Below, piece by piece: positions 1 through 11,273 of a stretch of DNA of 64,000 nt. This stretch comes from the human T2T-CHM13v2.0 reference genome, Homo sapiens. A model generated the notes under the pieces. The model saw only the letters and a list, made by a program, of their open reading frames with translations, was not told where the DNA came from and ran no database searches. A program made the position numbers and the translations under genes. How positions within the stretch are numbered: position 1 is the first letter of the stretch; the number at the start of each line of letters is the position of its first letter. The DNA lies in the NCBI RefSeq assembly GCF_009914755.1, contig NC_060926.1; one strand, 5' to 3'.

Positions 1-163
1 GTTTACTTTCTACTGGAAGTTTCTAACAGAGTACATTGTTTAGGCCCTGAGGGCAAGAGAATCATTTTGTTTCCTTGCTCAGCTGTTGGATATAATTTAT
101 TAGTTTCCATTTCCCTGAATTAGTAGCACTTGGGGAGTTCTGGTTTTATGCAGGGTATCATTT

Positions 164-276
164 AAAAATTTTTTTTAAGTTCTGGGGTACTTGTGTAGGA
201 TGTGCAGGTTTGTGACATAGGTAAACGTGTGCCATGGTGGTTTGCTGCGTTAGGATAAATAGCTAATGCATGCTGG
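164..276 (-). mobile_element. Tiny L1PA 3'-end insertion with 5' inversion
   Basis: 164-248 is the reverse complement of the L1PA 3' terminus (GCAGCAAACCACCATGGCACACGTTTACCTATG...CCCCAGAACTTAAAA). 249-276 (GTTAGGATAAATAGCTAATGCATGCTGG) is upstream L1 3'UTR in the opposite orientation. It is flanked by GCAGGGTATCA(T/C)TT at 150-163 and 277-290. Confidence 0.85.
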
Positions 277-569
277 GCAGGGTATCACTTCTACCCCCAC
301 TTCCATTCATGTGTAGTCTGAAAACTCTAGGGCAAATCCTTCACTCCATGACAAAATCTACAGAGTTATAGCAGCACCAGCTTTGGAGCCTCACTCTCTG
401 GCCGTCAGCTACTGCTTTACTTCTAGTAATAGAAATTTTTGTTTTCATGGCAATCCCAACTATTCCCTACCATATATTTTGAAGACATCTGTAAGAGAGG
501 AAAAAGCTGACCCATAGTTGGGGGGAAGATATTGCAATATGCATATTTATCAAAGAACGACATCCAGAA

Positions 570-1660
570 TGTTGAGAGAACTTCTTTATTTGAGGAATAA
601 CAATAAAATCAGAGTAGCTCAAAGGAAGGCAGCAAGGGGAAGAGTGGTTGGAGATGAGGTTACAGGGGAATCTGGGGTCCACATCATAACAGGCTTTTCA
701 GGCCTATGAACTATGGCTTTATTCTGAATGGGGTGGGTTGCCATTGAGTGGTTTTGAGTAGAAGGGTGACAAGGTCTGATTCAAGTTTTAAGAGGATTAC
801 TCACAGTGTTGGGGCAAGGACAGAATAAGAGAGCTCATTTATGAGGCCACTGCAATAATCCAACCATGAGATGAAGGTGCCTTGGGCTAGAGCATTAGTG
901 GTGGAGTTGGCATAGTATTATTGGAGTCTGCATGCATTTTGAAAGACAGGATTTTCTGACAGATTGAATGTGTATTCTGAAAGAAATAGGGGAGTCAAGG
1001 TAACATCTATATTTTTGGCCTGAACATCTAAAAGAATATAGCTGCCAGCAGCCAAGATAGGGATGACTGCCCATGGGATGAATTTTGGGAGGAAGAGAAG
1101 AAATTTGAATTTGGATATGTTAACTTAGAGAAATAACTGGAAATGTTGAACGGGAAGTCAGATATGTGAGTCCGGAATTACAAAGAGACATGTGGGTTGG
1201 AAATACAAATTTGAGAGTAGACTAGTTTTGGATAGGGTTTAAATCTTTTAGAGTATATGATATCACTAATGCAAAGTGATGGATAGAGAGGAGCTCTGAG
1301 TGCTGAATGCCTTTGGCATTCAATGATGAAGAGATTGGGGAGATGAAGAGTTGCCAGTGAGGGGCACTGAGAAGGCACAGCAAGTAAGGTGGGAGGAAAA
1401 CCATGGCAATGTGGTGTCTTGGAAATGGAATAAATATCTGCTACAGGAGGAGGCGATGATAACGGTGTCCCATGCTCTTGTTAGGACACAGTTGAAAGAT
1501 CTCGAGATTGAAAACTGAGCTTCACAGATGTCAATATTAAGAACTGATCTTTGGACTTAGCAATGCAGAGCTCATTGGTATCTTTTATGAGAAAAATTTC
1601 AGTGGCGTGGTAAGACCAGATTCTAATTGAAGTGTGTCCAAAACAAGAAGGGAGCTTAAG
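570..1660 (-). mobile_element. L2 LINE remnant, 3' part
   Basis: Purine-rich sequence typical of reverse-complemented L2 (ggagatgaggt...ggctttattctgaatg...gccattgagtggttttgag...gaggccactgcaataatcca). Confidence 0.75.
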
Positions 1661-1667
1661 CATTAAA

Positions 1668-1669
<2 letters not shown>

Positions 1670-1710
<41 letters not shown>

Positions 1711-2047
1711 TTGGAAATAGGGTCTCATTTTGTCATCCAGGCTGAAGTGCAGTGGTGCCATCAGCACGGCTCACTGTAGCCTTGACTTCCCAGGTTCAAG
1801 AGATCGTCCCTCAGTCTCCCAAGTAGCTGGGACCACAGGTGTATGCCACTGTGCCCAGCTAATTTTTGTATTTTTTGTAGAGATGGGATTTTGCCATGTT
1901 GCCCAGGCTGGTCTCAAACTCTTGAGCTCAAGCAATCCACTTGCCTCAGCTCCCCAAGCTGGTCTCAAACTCTTGAGCTCAAGCAATTCGCTTGCCTCGG
2001 CCTTCCAAAGTGCTGGGATTACAGATATAAGCCACCACGCTCAGGCT
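1670..2047 (-). mobile_element. AluJ with (TTA)n tail and internal 51-bp duplication
   Basis: Reverse Alu dimer. Tail is (tta)n at 1670-1710. Segment 1902-1952 is repeated at 1953-2003. Confidence 0.95.
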
Positions 2048-2120
2048 GAAAAAATTTTTCAGTAAGTACTGCTGTATATGGGATCAGAGAAGGGGACAAG
2101 TTTGTTCAAAAGAAGGGTAT

Positions 2121-2396
2121 CACACCTATAATCCCAGCACTTTGGGAGGCCAAGGCGCATGGATCACTTGGGGTCAGGAGTTTGAGATCAGCATTGCCAA
2201 CATGGGGAAACCTCATCTCTACTAAAAATACAAAAATTAGACAGGCATGGTGGCATGTGCCTGTAATCCCAGCTGCTTGGGAGGCTGAGGCCGGAGAATT
2301 GCTTGAACTCAGAGGCAGAGGTTGCCGTGAGCCGAGATCACACTCCAGCCTGGGCGACAGAGACAGACTCCATCTCAAAAAAAAAAAAAAAAAAAG
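2121..2396 (+). mobile_element. AluS, slightly 5'-truncated
   Basis: cacacctataatcccagcactttgggagg...gactccatctc followed by poly(A). Confidence 0.95.
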
Positions 2397-2409
2397 GAAA
2401 AGAAGAAGG

Positions 2410-3510
2410 GTATTTTTTGTTGTTGTTTATAAGATGGGAAGATTAATAGTATATTTGTTTCAATGGGAATGATCCAGTAGGGTGGGAAAATATGAGGGAG
2501 AGAGGGAGAGAGTTGCTTCAGCAGTGACCTCGGGTAGGTGAGAAGGTAGGGGAAGTAGTGTATAAATGGGTAGGGTGGAGATGCCTTAATAACTTGGGAA
2601 GATTTCACTCACAGTAATGAGGAATGTCAGAGAATACACAGCTGTGGGCTAGTTGGTAGATTTGGTGCTGCTAACCTTTGGAAACTGTCTTCTGATTGCT
2701 GCAATTATAGCAATAAAATACCAAGCAGGTCAGTAGTTGACAGTAAGGATGGAAATAAAAGTGTTGGATGTTTGAGGAGAAAGGAGAGTGTATGATAAAG
2801 TAACCTAAAGAAATGTAAGAACTACCAGATTAGGAAAATATATAATGGCCAGGCAGCAACAATGGTTCACTTAAAATTCTTGGTATTAATTTTAATTTGA
2901 GAGTGGTCAGAATGGCTGCATGCTTTTCTCCAGAAATGATGAGATGTGTGAGCACAGTAGGTAAGTCACGGAGTAGGTAGAAAGTTGGATTGACTTGGGT
3001 TGTGGTTTTGCCAAATAAGGATAATGTGATGAAAGGAGTGAGGGGTTTGGAGATGAATGCAAGGGAGCTGCTGTAGTAATTGATCATGGAGTTTAAGATA
3101 GATAGGGAGGGATAATAGGACACCAAGGGGTTGAGGGACAGTGGATAGATGATAGGATCTATGAAATGGTGGTAATATTGGGAAGAAAAGACTATTCATG
3201 TTGAAATACTAGAGGAAGTGAGCTAGGAAGATAAAAGGCAGTGGTCAAGAATGGTTGCTTGACATTGTAAATATGAAGGAGTTCTGCTTATTGTTAATGG
3301 CACAGTCTTGGGTGTAGCCATAGGAGTGGGTGGCTGGGGTCCTATGAAGGACAAGATCTGTAGATGGCAGGAGGCCAAGGAACTGAGAGGCAAGAGTTTC
3401 GATGGAATTGTCTGTGCGTGTATTGAATTCACTAGTAATTAAGCCAAGGCTATTGTGGGTGAGAGTGGTAGTAGATTAGAAGCTAAAATCATGAACAAAT
3501 GAAAACTATC
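2410..3510 (-). mobile_element. L2 LINE remnant with decayed ORF2
   Basis: Continues the L2 across two Alus. Minus-strand translations (YYSSSLAFISKPLTP...VNPTFYLL; ...ILDHCLLS) resemble L2 ORF2 endonuclease/linker residues. Confidence 0.7.
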
Positions 3511-3559
3511 CAGTAATTACAATTTTTCGTGTCTGCTTTGTTTTCTTCTTCCCTACTTC

Positions 3560-4050
3560 AGGGCTTCATCACCTCTCTATCCCAAGATACTGTATGTGAT
3601 TTCCTCCTGTAGGATCTGGATTACCAGGATCTGGTCTAGTAGACCCTAGTAGGATCTGGTCTTAACTTTTCCTTTCCCAACCCCTTCTTCATGTAACTGT
3701 CAGAGTGGTAAATCTAAAAAATAGATGTGATCTTACCACTCTATTGTTTGACAGCCATTTAATTGTTCCCCATCACCTGTAGAGATGTCTGAGCTCCTCT
3801 GCCAGGAATTCAAGGTCTTGTATGACCTACAGACTTCCTACCTTCTCATCTTCCACCCTTGGACTTCAAATTCTAGCAACAGAAAACTATGTGTGCATTT
3901 CTGCTTGCACTGTAGTCTTTCCCATGTGACTTTTTATTTCCCTCAGCTGGGACTACCTCTCCTTCCTTCTCACTGTGCCCGATTCTTCATCTGGCAACAT
4001 TCAATTCATCATGTAAGCCCCCACCCAAGAATCATATTTTCCAGAAACCC
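3560..4050 (+). mobile_element. L2 fragment
   Basis: tcagagtggtaaatctaaaaatagatgtgatc...ccccatcacctgtagag...tcaaggtcttgtatgacct resembles L2 3' region in sense orientation. Confidence 0.55.
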
Positions 4051-4364
4051 CTTGAAGCTAGAATGGTTGTACACATTAGACCATGGGTATAATTTTTCAG
4101 TTAAGCTTACCAGCAGTTCATGAATATCTGTGGAATGCAATAACAATTGAATACTTGATTTTTTTTCTTACACTTTTGGGAAATTTATAACTTATAGCAA
4201 ATTGGACTCTTTAAGCCACATCTTACTTTTTTGTGCATATTTGTTTTATATTTGAAGGCAAGTAAAAAGTAACATAAGGTAACATGGTACTTTGCTTAGT
4301 TCTGAATTCTTCACTTAGTTCTTAACAATTCAAGATGCTGAAAGTTTAAAGAGGTAACCTAATC

Positions 4365-4510
4365 CAGTGCTACTCAAAGTACTCAATGTCTGATACTGGT
4401 CCCTAAACATTTTTCAGGCTCTGAGAAATTTCTTTTCTATCTGCTATGAGATAAGGAGTTTGAATCAGAATGCAAATCAGCCACGTTCCTAAGCACACTC
4501 CTTAGTTTGC
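4365..4510. mobile_element. hAT-Charlie-like DNA transposon relic
   Basis: Begins cagtgctactcaaagt, a Charlie/MER5-type terminal repeat. Confidence 0.4.
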
Positions 4511-4619
4511 CGAAGTGTTTTTTGTAATTGGTCTTTCATGATGATTCTCAATGCATTGGTTCATGTCCAGGCACAAACTCCTTATCTTGGCATCTTGAAC
4601 GGTATCAGCCGCTCCCTTT

Positions 4620-4720
4620 ATATTATCAGTGGGGAGACTGAGGCACAGTGAGAGGAAAGTGTCTTGTGTAAAGTCACATTGTAACTTAGTACACTGAAAT
4701 CTGTGGATCCTGGCTCCCAT
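4620..4720 (-). mobile_element. MIR fragment
   Basis: ggggagactgaggcacagtgagagg...aagtcaca resembles the MIR core. Confidence 0.55.
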
Positions 4721-4939
4721 CCAATGCTTTCTAAGTCTCCATGCTTGCCTTTAGAACTATTTCCTATACCCATGTTTGGTTTTAACTCTTTGACTCTTAG
4801 CTTTATTTTATTTTTTTTAAAGTTCATTCCTATTCTATAGTAGGTTTGCCTTTCCCAAAAAGGTTTTTTTTATTTTTTTCAATTTCTTTACCTTTCTGCT
4901 GGAAAAGAATCAGCATGTGTTGTGGTATTATTATTTAAA

Positions 4940-5270
4940 TGTTTATAGTCTGCCATTTTCCGCACACCAAGTCCCCAGCAGCGTCGAGTCAGACGGTCTC
5001 ACACAGGTATCGTCTGCTCCATCTGGTCCTCGGCTTTCTCCAGGCAGGTCCCTGTATGGTGCAGCAGCTGAAGGTCCATATGGTCTCAGGTGCAGCCCCA
5101 GGTAGAGCATATTGCAGCATGCCAGTCCGCAGGCCCTGCGGCGGGAATAACTGCCGGGAGGCACACATCTGAGTGAAGTGGCCACCGCTGTGCCAAAATC
5201 AGAGGGCAGAAGGTGTTCTTGGCTTCCACGATGATCTGGACTTCCAGAACCGGTTGGGGACTGAGAAGCA
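4940..5270 (-). other. GC/CpG-rich exon-like block of unknown identity (possible decayed coding or lncRNA exon)
   Basis: About 13 CpGs in a GC-rich block within AT-rich flanks. Minus-strand acceptor-like ttctcag at 5261-5267. AATAAA/A-rich tract near 4864-4879. No protein recognised. Confidence 0.3.
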
Positions 5271-5703
5271 TACTGAATTGCAAATGTCAGTGCCCAGGCA
5301 ACATCCAGAGAGAGCAAAGGAAACTTATTCTTCCCTTTACCTCTTTACCTGCTTTCAGTTATACTATGTCAGGAAAAGGATTTTGAATGGGTTAGGTGAT
5401 GGAAAATACAGCTAAAAAGAAACTAATGTGCCTAAAATCACAAAGTTTCAAGTTTAGCTTTTTCTTCAAATTTGGCATTATTGTTTTAGGAGTTTTCTTC
5501 TTTGTTTCCTTTCTAAGTATCTAAGAAGAGTGTCCTAAAGGAAATCTGTATGAGAATTTGGAATTCTTTCTTTATTCTATTCTAGATTTTATCAATGAAG
5601 TCAACATAAAATGAGTGTGTTCATTAATCTTTGAAAAATAAGAATTCCTTCTGAAATTTAAAAATTCCTGATCAATGACAGTGAAGGACACAAAAAGAGA
5701 TAC

Positions 5704-6058
5704 GGTCTTAGTATATTCCAGCTGCTACAGCAAAAATACTGGGTGGCTTATAAACTACAGAAATTTATTTCTCACAATTCTGGAGGCTAGAATTCCAAGA
5801 TCTAGGTGCCGGCAGATTTGGTGTCTGGTGAGGGACCGCTTCCTGATTCATGAGTGGCTGCTTCTGGCTGTATCCTCACACGGTGGAGGAGGTAATGGTC
5901 TGTCCTGGGCATCTTTTATGAAAACACTAATTCTATTCATGAGGTTGTCATCCCCATGATCTAATCACTCCCTAAAGATCTCATCTTCTAATACCGTCAC
6001 CTTGAGGGTCAGGATGTCAACCTATGAGTTTTGTAGGAACACGAACATTCAGACCCAC
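5704..6058 (-). mobile_element. MLT1A-type MaLR solo LTR
   Basis: tcttagt...gggtggcttataaactacagaaatttatttctcacaattctggaggctag...aacattcagacc. Confidence 0.85.
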
Positions 6059-6811
6059 TGTGATTTTTCAGTACAAGGTGGATCCCGCTGCCCTCTCCTC
6101 AGGAGCCTCTGATCGTGCCCACTCCTGACAAAGATGGCATGTTTGGTCCTCTATTCAATGATGTTTCTTACTGGGGACATTAGGAAGCCCTTACTATCAC
6201 ATTAAGAAGCCCTCACTATCACATTTTACCATTTCATATTAAACTCCGAATCTTTTAAAGTAGGTTTTAAAAGTCATCTATAAGGCCTGAGACAAGCTTT
6301 ATAATGAAGCTTCCAGGGAAGGGGGGTATGCAAGAAATTGGATTACATCTTTTGGTGTTAAATTGTTTTGTCTCTTTTAGAACACTTGGAATTGAGTTGA
6401 ATTCTCCAAGGCAAGGAAAATATTAATGTACACCTATTGGTGAATCCTGAAAAAAGAAAAAATAAAACAAATGATTTTAATCCTCACTTTTCATGTCTCT
6501 ATAAAACATGTATCAAAGGATATAATTTATTTCCAGCTTTCATAAATTCATAGTTTTGTGGGGAAAAATCCGTTTGCTTTATGAAACTGCACAGTCCAAA
6601 TTGAACCAATAACTAATATCCAGGTGTATTAAAGGGAAGTTTTAAATTGCTTTCACTTTCTATATTCTTCAATGAATAGGGAAAATATGGATTAAACCAC
6701 CTAAATATTTAGTGATGATGTAATTGGAGAGTTTAACTCATGGAGTGGAAATCAGAAATGCAATGTTGACATTTTTAGTAGTAATTCGCATTATAGGAAA
6801 GGAAGACATTC

Positions 6812-7097
6812 TTTTTTTTTTTTTTTTTCTTGATAGGGTCTCACTCTGTTACTGAGGCTGCAGTGCAGTAGTGCAATCACAGCTCACTGCAGCCTTGACC
6901 TCCCCAGCCTCAGGTGATCCTCAGCCTCCCAAGTAGCTGAGACTACGGGTGCATGCCACCACACCTGGCTAATTTTTTGCAGAGATGGGGTTCCACCCTG
7001 TTGCTCAGGCTTGTCTTGAACTCCTGAGCTCATGCAGTCTGCCTGTCTCGGCCTCCAAAAATGCTGGGATTACAGGCATGAGTTACCATGCCTGGCC
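6812..7097 (-). mobile_element. AluJ
   Basis: Poly(T) followed by a reverse Alu dimer with J-type cacagctcactgcagccttgacc. Confidence 0.95.
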
Positions 7098-7209
7098 TCA
7101 GGAAGATGTATTCTTTAAGTTATAAGTGATGTAGGATTATGAAATAATATAAAAGTAAATAGACAAAGCAAAATAGAATAATATGAAAATACAATAGCTG
7201 CCATTTTTA

Positions 7210-7345
7210 TAATTATCCCCAATTTACAGATGAGGAAACTGAGGCTTGAAGAGAATACTTAATTTGACTGATACCATAAAACTAGTAAGTAGAAGAACAA
7301 GAATTAGAAGCCAATTCTGTCTCCAATACCTGCGTTCTCACCACT
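7210..7345 (-). mobile_element. MIR
   Basis: attatccccaatttacagatgaggaaactgaggc, the MIR core. Confidence 0.8.
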
Positions 7346-7818
7346 ACACATATTGCTTTCTCCTAAAGAAGCAATGGTGTCCCCTACCTGAGACAGGCAG
7401 TGCTAATTTGTCAATACCTGTAAGAAAGAAAAGAAGGGTCCTCAAAGCATATCAGAATATTCACATGAATGTTAGAATCATGAGATCACTGGCCGGATTC
7501 AGGCCAACCTAAAGAGTAAAGTTTTTAAAGAAAAAGTAGATCTGTCTAAGAAAAAAAAATGTATAAACTTGGATTTTGAAGCTAGTTTTAAAAATGAATA
7601 TCCAACAATTAATTACAATTTAAATTTGATTTGGGTGTGCTTCTCTAGTTACTGTGCCTGTAACTGCATCCTGAGGGGTTCACGAGCGCGCGAGGGCCTG
7701 ACTATGCACCTGGCTCTGGCAGCCGGGAAGCTTTGGATAATTAAAGTGGATGCAGTCCATTTTCTAAGCAGGGTACTTTATGGGATCAGAGTTAAATTTC
7801 TATGCCAAATGGTAAAAC

Positions 7819-7984
7819 TCTGAGGTCCAGCTCACTGTGAACAAGACCCTGTTGTCTCTAATCCTCAGTCGGCTAGCATAACCCATCTCCAGCGATCAGC
7901 TCCCTTAGAAGGTAAGCTGCCTCATGTCAGTTAGTGTGGTACCCAGAAGAGAAGCATCTTTTCCTCCACTGGCTTCTGTAGGCC
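7819..7984 (+). repeat. Local direct duplication, copy 1 (~165 bp)
   Basis: tctgaggtccagctcactgtgaacaag...actggcttctgtaggcc recurs at 8674-8837. Confidence 0.95.
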
Positions 7985-8086
7985 GAGGAGGAACTGCAAT
8001 GGTTGAAAGGGTCTCTAGAGATGCCTTCAGAAGTTGGGCACAAGGCAAATGAGGGGTTAAGAGCAAAGTTAAAAAAAAAGAAGACA

Positions 8087-8087
<1 letters not shown>

Positions 8088-8124
<37 letters not shown>

Positions 8125-8125
8125 T
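8088..8125. repeat. (TA)n(CA)n microsatellite
   Basis: Read directly. Confidence 0.95.
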
Positions 8126-8342
8126 AAATAAAATTATATAATCACAGCATCTGAATACATATGCAAAGATAATTACGTAATATTTTAATATATATTTATA
8201 TATAATTTTAACATTATTATATTAAAATAATTATATATAATCACAGCATTTTAGTCAATTGCTAGACAAAGTGTGTTAAATAGCAGTTTTGTAGTTTTAT
8301 TGAAATTAAATCAGAATTAAGGTGATTTTAAAAAAAGAAAAG

Positions 8343-8590
8343 TGTTAAAAGAAAAACTTCAGTTTAATTAAATTTAAAGGAGTTTAAATGAGCAATGAAT
8401 GATTTGTGAATTGGGCAGCCCCCAGAATCACAGTAGATTTAGAGAGACTCCAGTGGAGTCCTGTGGTGAAAGAAAATCTGTGGACAGTGAAAGGCGAGTA
8501 ACGTAAAGAAAATGGAAGTGAGGTACAGAAACAACTGGATTGGTTACAGTTTGGCATTTGTCTTATTTGAGCACAGTTTGAGCATTTGGT
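8343..8590 (-). mobile_element. ERV1 LTR fragment (MER51-like)
   Basis: tgttaaaagaaaaacttcag...aattaaatttaaaggagttt...gggcagcccccagaatcacag matches the reverse-complemented 3' end of MER51/MER57-group LTRs. Confidence 0.75.
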
Positions 8591-8673
8591 GAAATTAAGG
8601 TTAAATATAAATATAAATACATTTCATAATTCTGAGCAGGGAGTTTTATAATTTAAAAGGAATGCTGAGGACA

Positions 8674-8837
8674 TCTGAGGTCCAGCTCACTGTGAACAAG
8701 CTCCTGTTGTCTCTAATCCTCAGAGTTGGCAAGCATAACCCATCTCCAGAGATCAGCTTCTTTAGAAGATAAACTGCCTCATGTCAGTGTGGTACCCAGA
8801 AGAGAAGCATCTTCTTCTCCACTGGCTTCTGTAGGCC
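8674..8837 (+). repeat. Local direct duplication, copy 2
   Basis: Roughly 90% identical by eye to 7819-7984. Confidence 0.95.
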
Positions 8838-10985
8838 TTGGAGAAGCTATTTCAAAATGGGCTATGTGAATAATGGGTTATGTGATTCATTTTGAATGTC
8901 AATTTGCCAACCTGGTCAGGTGGGTATTAAATTTTTTATGACATTCTAAATAGATAACCATGATATAGCAGATCTTCCAGAGCAGGGCAGGCGTCACCCC
9001 TCTAGCTACATCATCTCTAATGCTAAAACATTTAAAGAGGAAGCTTCTTTTTCTTCTAGGAGTCATTTGCCTATGAGGTCAGAATGGATGAAGCTCTGGA
9101 GTCATGACTGCAGTCAAGATGCCGTTCATTGTTTCTTTCCTTTTTCTTCTTTCTACCCAACAGTACATAACATGTAGGATTCGAATCCTCCAATATTTGA
9201 AAGCTTTCACTGTCTACCCACTATGTACAATCCAGAGCTTTGGGAATCTCGTTCTATGCCAAGCCTTTAGTCTTCTGTTCTCCAAGAGCCTAATTATGGG
9301 GTCTATTTCACTCTGCGTCCTTGGCTTTATGTATTCCCCACCATCTCTGTCCTGTTCTCACACTTCCTCAAATATCACTCACTTCACTTCAACCTGGGCC
9401 TTCCTCTCCCAGAATCAAGCATGATATTCTCAGTATTTATAGTACAGCCTACTGCACTACTAAAATATTCCTTATGATACCAAAAAAATAAAATAACATC
9501 TGCTTTCCAAGAAGCGTGTGTTTTTGAAACCCATCCCCAAAATGCCTTTTCTTTTGCACGTTCATTGCCTGTTGTTTACTCTGTTAATATTTTTAGCCCA
9601 CTTATTGCCAGGCATTGTTATGTAAGAAGGAGTTTCTGAACACCATTTGCTCAGAAGGTTCTTCTTGAGATCTGGTGCCTTACAATTTCACATGTGTCAC
9701 CAAGTCTGCAATGGCTAAGGCTTAATTGGCTTTGATATGCTGCGAATGGCCAAGAAGTGGGTTGTTTGGAAAGCCTCATGCTGCCATTCAGCCTTTCCTG
9801 CAAACAAAGGACTTGGCTGAGTAGCAATGTTATCAAAAGTTTGCAGACAGGGACTGCGGAAGGTATCCTGCTCTGGGGGGCAGTGGAGAGAAGGGGTTGA
9901 CCGTAGCCTGGGATTTGGGATTGTTAATACTCAGGTTCCTGATAATGTTAGCTTCTGTGTGTTGCCCTTGGGAGTCCTCAGCAAGGGTAGAGAATGGCAT
10001 TTTTTAAATACGTGTTTCAGAACAGCAGCTGTAGCTATTGGAAAAGAGGAGAAAATTCTAGACTGGGAGCAAAAAGAAGAAAGGGGATGAAAAGCTTGGG
10101 TGGAAAGTGAAACCCAAAGAAAGGGGTAAAATAGGCGTTCAGTCTTCTTGGAAATCACCAAAAGCCTTAAGAGTGGGAACTTCCTCTTTCAAATGGAGGT
10201 TCAAAGTCATGTTCATGAATATGAGCACTAAGTTACAAGTGACTTTATAATTCTGCTCATGCCTTTCCTTACTTATTTTTCAAGGTCCAACTTAATTATG
10301 TGACCAGCTCCAATGATCAGGTCAAGAAAAATAAGAATAATCACTCTTCTCTACTCATTCATAAAGCAAGGTCTGCTTCTCTGGGAAGGCTCTTATTTCA
10401 AGCAAAGAAACTCTGTCTCCCACATCTGGTTTGGGAACCTCTCTATTTTGGAATCCATTCCAGAATGGGTTTAGTCATAGGTGCTCAGAAAGTGTTTGTC
10501 AAGGTGACTTTAGTGTAGATATCTTGAGTGCTAGGAAGGTCAGGGATCCTGGAGACAGTGTGTTTCAATTTCCCTACCTAGAGACAGTACTTTCTAGGCA
10601 GAGGACAGCTAGGTGACGGACGGCACAGCCTGTGTGTGGGATGCATCTCCGTGCAGGAAAATACCAAAATGTAAGCAGTAGTTTATTAGAGAAAATTCCC
10701 AAATATAGTAAGAAAAGCAACCCCAAATTCCTCATAACAAGAGCCACAGATAAGATATGAGATGTAACAGAAAAGTGTATTCATGTATCAAATATTTTCA
10801 TAGTAGAGATGAAATAAAAAAATTCAACATAAAGAAATTAGGAACAAAATACTAAGAATGAATGTCGAAATGAGACACAGACATTTCTTTTGCTATTTAC
10901 AACTATCTCAGGCTATTTCTTAAGATTTCCTCTAGGGGATAAATATAGATATACTTGAGTAATATCTACTACTTATTATGAAATG

Positions 10986-11273
10986 TTTTTTTGAGACAGT
11001 CTCGCTATATTGCCTAGGCTGGAGTGCAGTGGTGTGATCTTAGTTCACGCAACCTCTGCTTCCAGGGTTCAAGTGATTCTCATGGCTCAGCCCCTTGAGT
11101 AGATGGGACAACAGGCGCACACCATCATGCCCAGCTAATTTTTTTTCATTTTTAGTAGAGATGGGGTTTTGCCAGGTTGACCAGGCTGGACTCAAACTCT
11201 TGACCTCAGGTGATCCACCCACCTCAGCCTCCCAAAGTGCTGGGATTGCAGGCATGAGCCACTGCACCTGGCC
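10986..11273 (-). mobile_element. Alu (S or J)
   Basis: Reverse Alu dimer. Confidence 0.95.

Noticed and set aside
4999-5088. Two in-frame TGA codons as selenocysteine
   Set aside because: No recognisable selenoprotein motif and no SECIS that I can identify downstream. CpG decay or chance is simpler.
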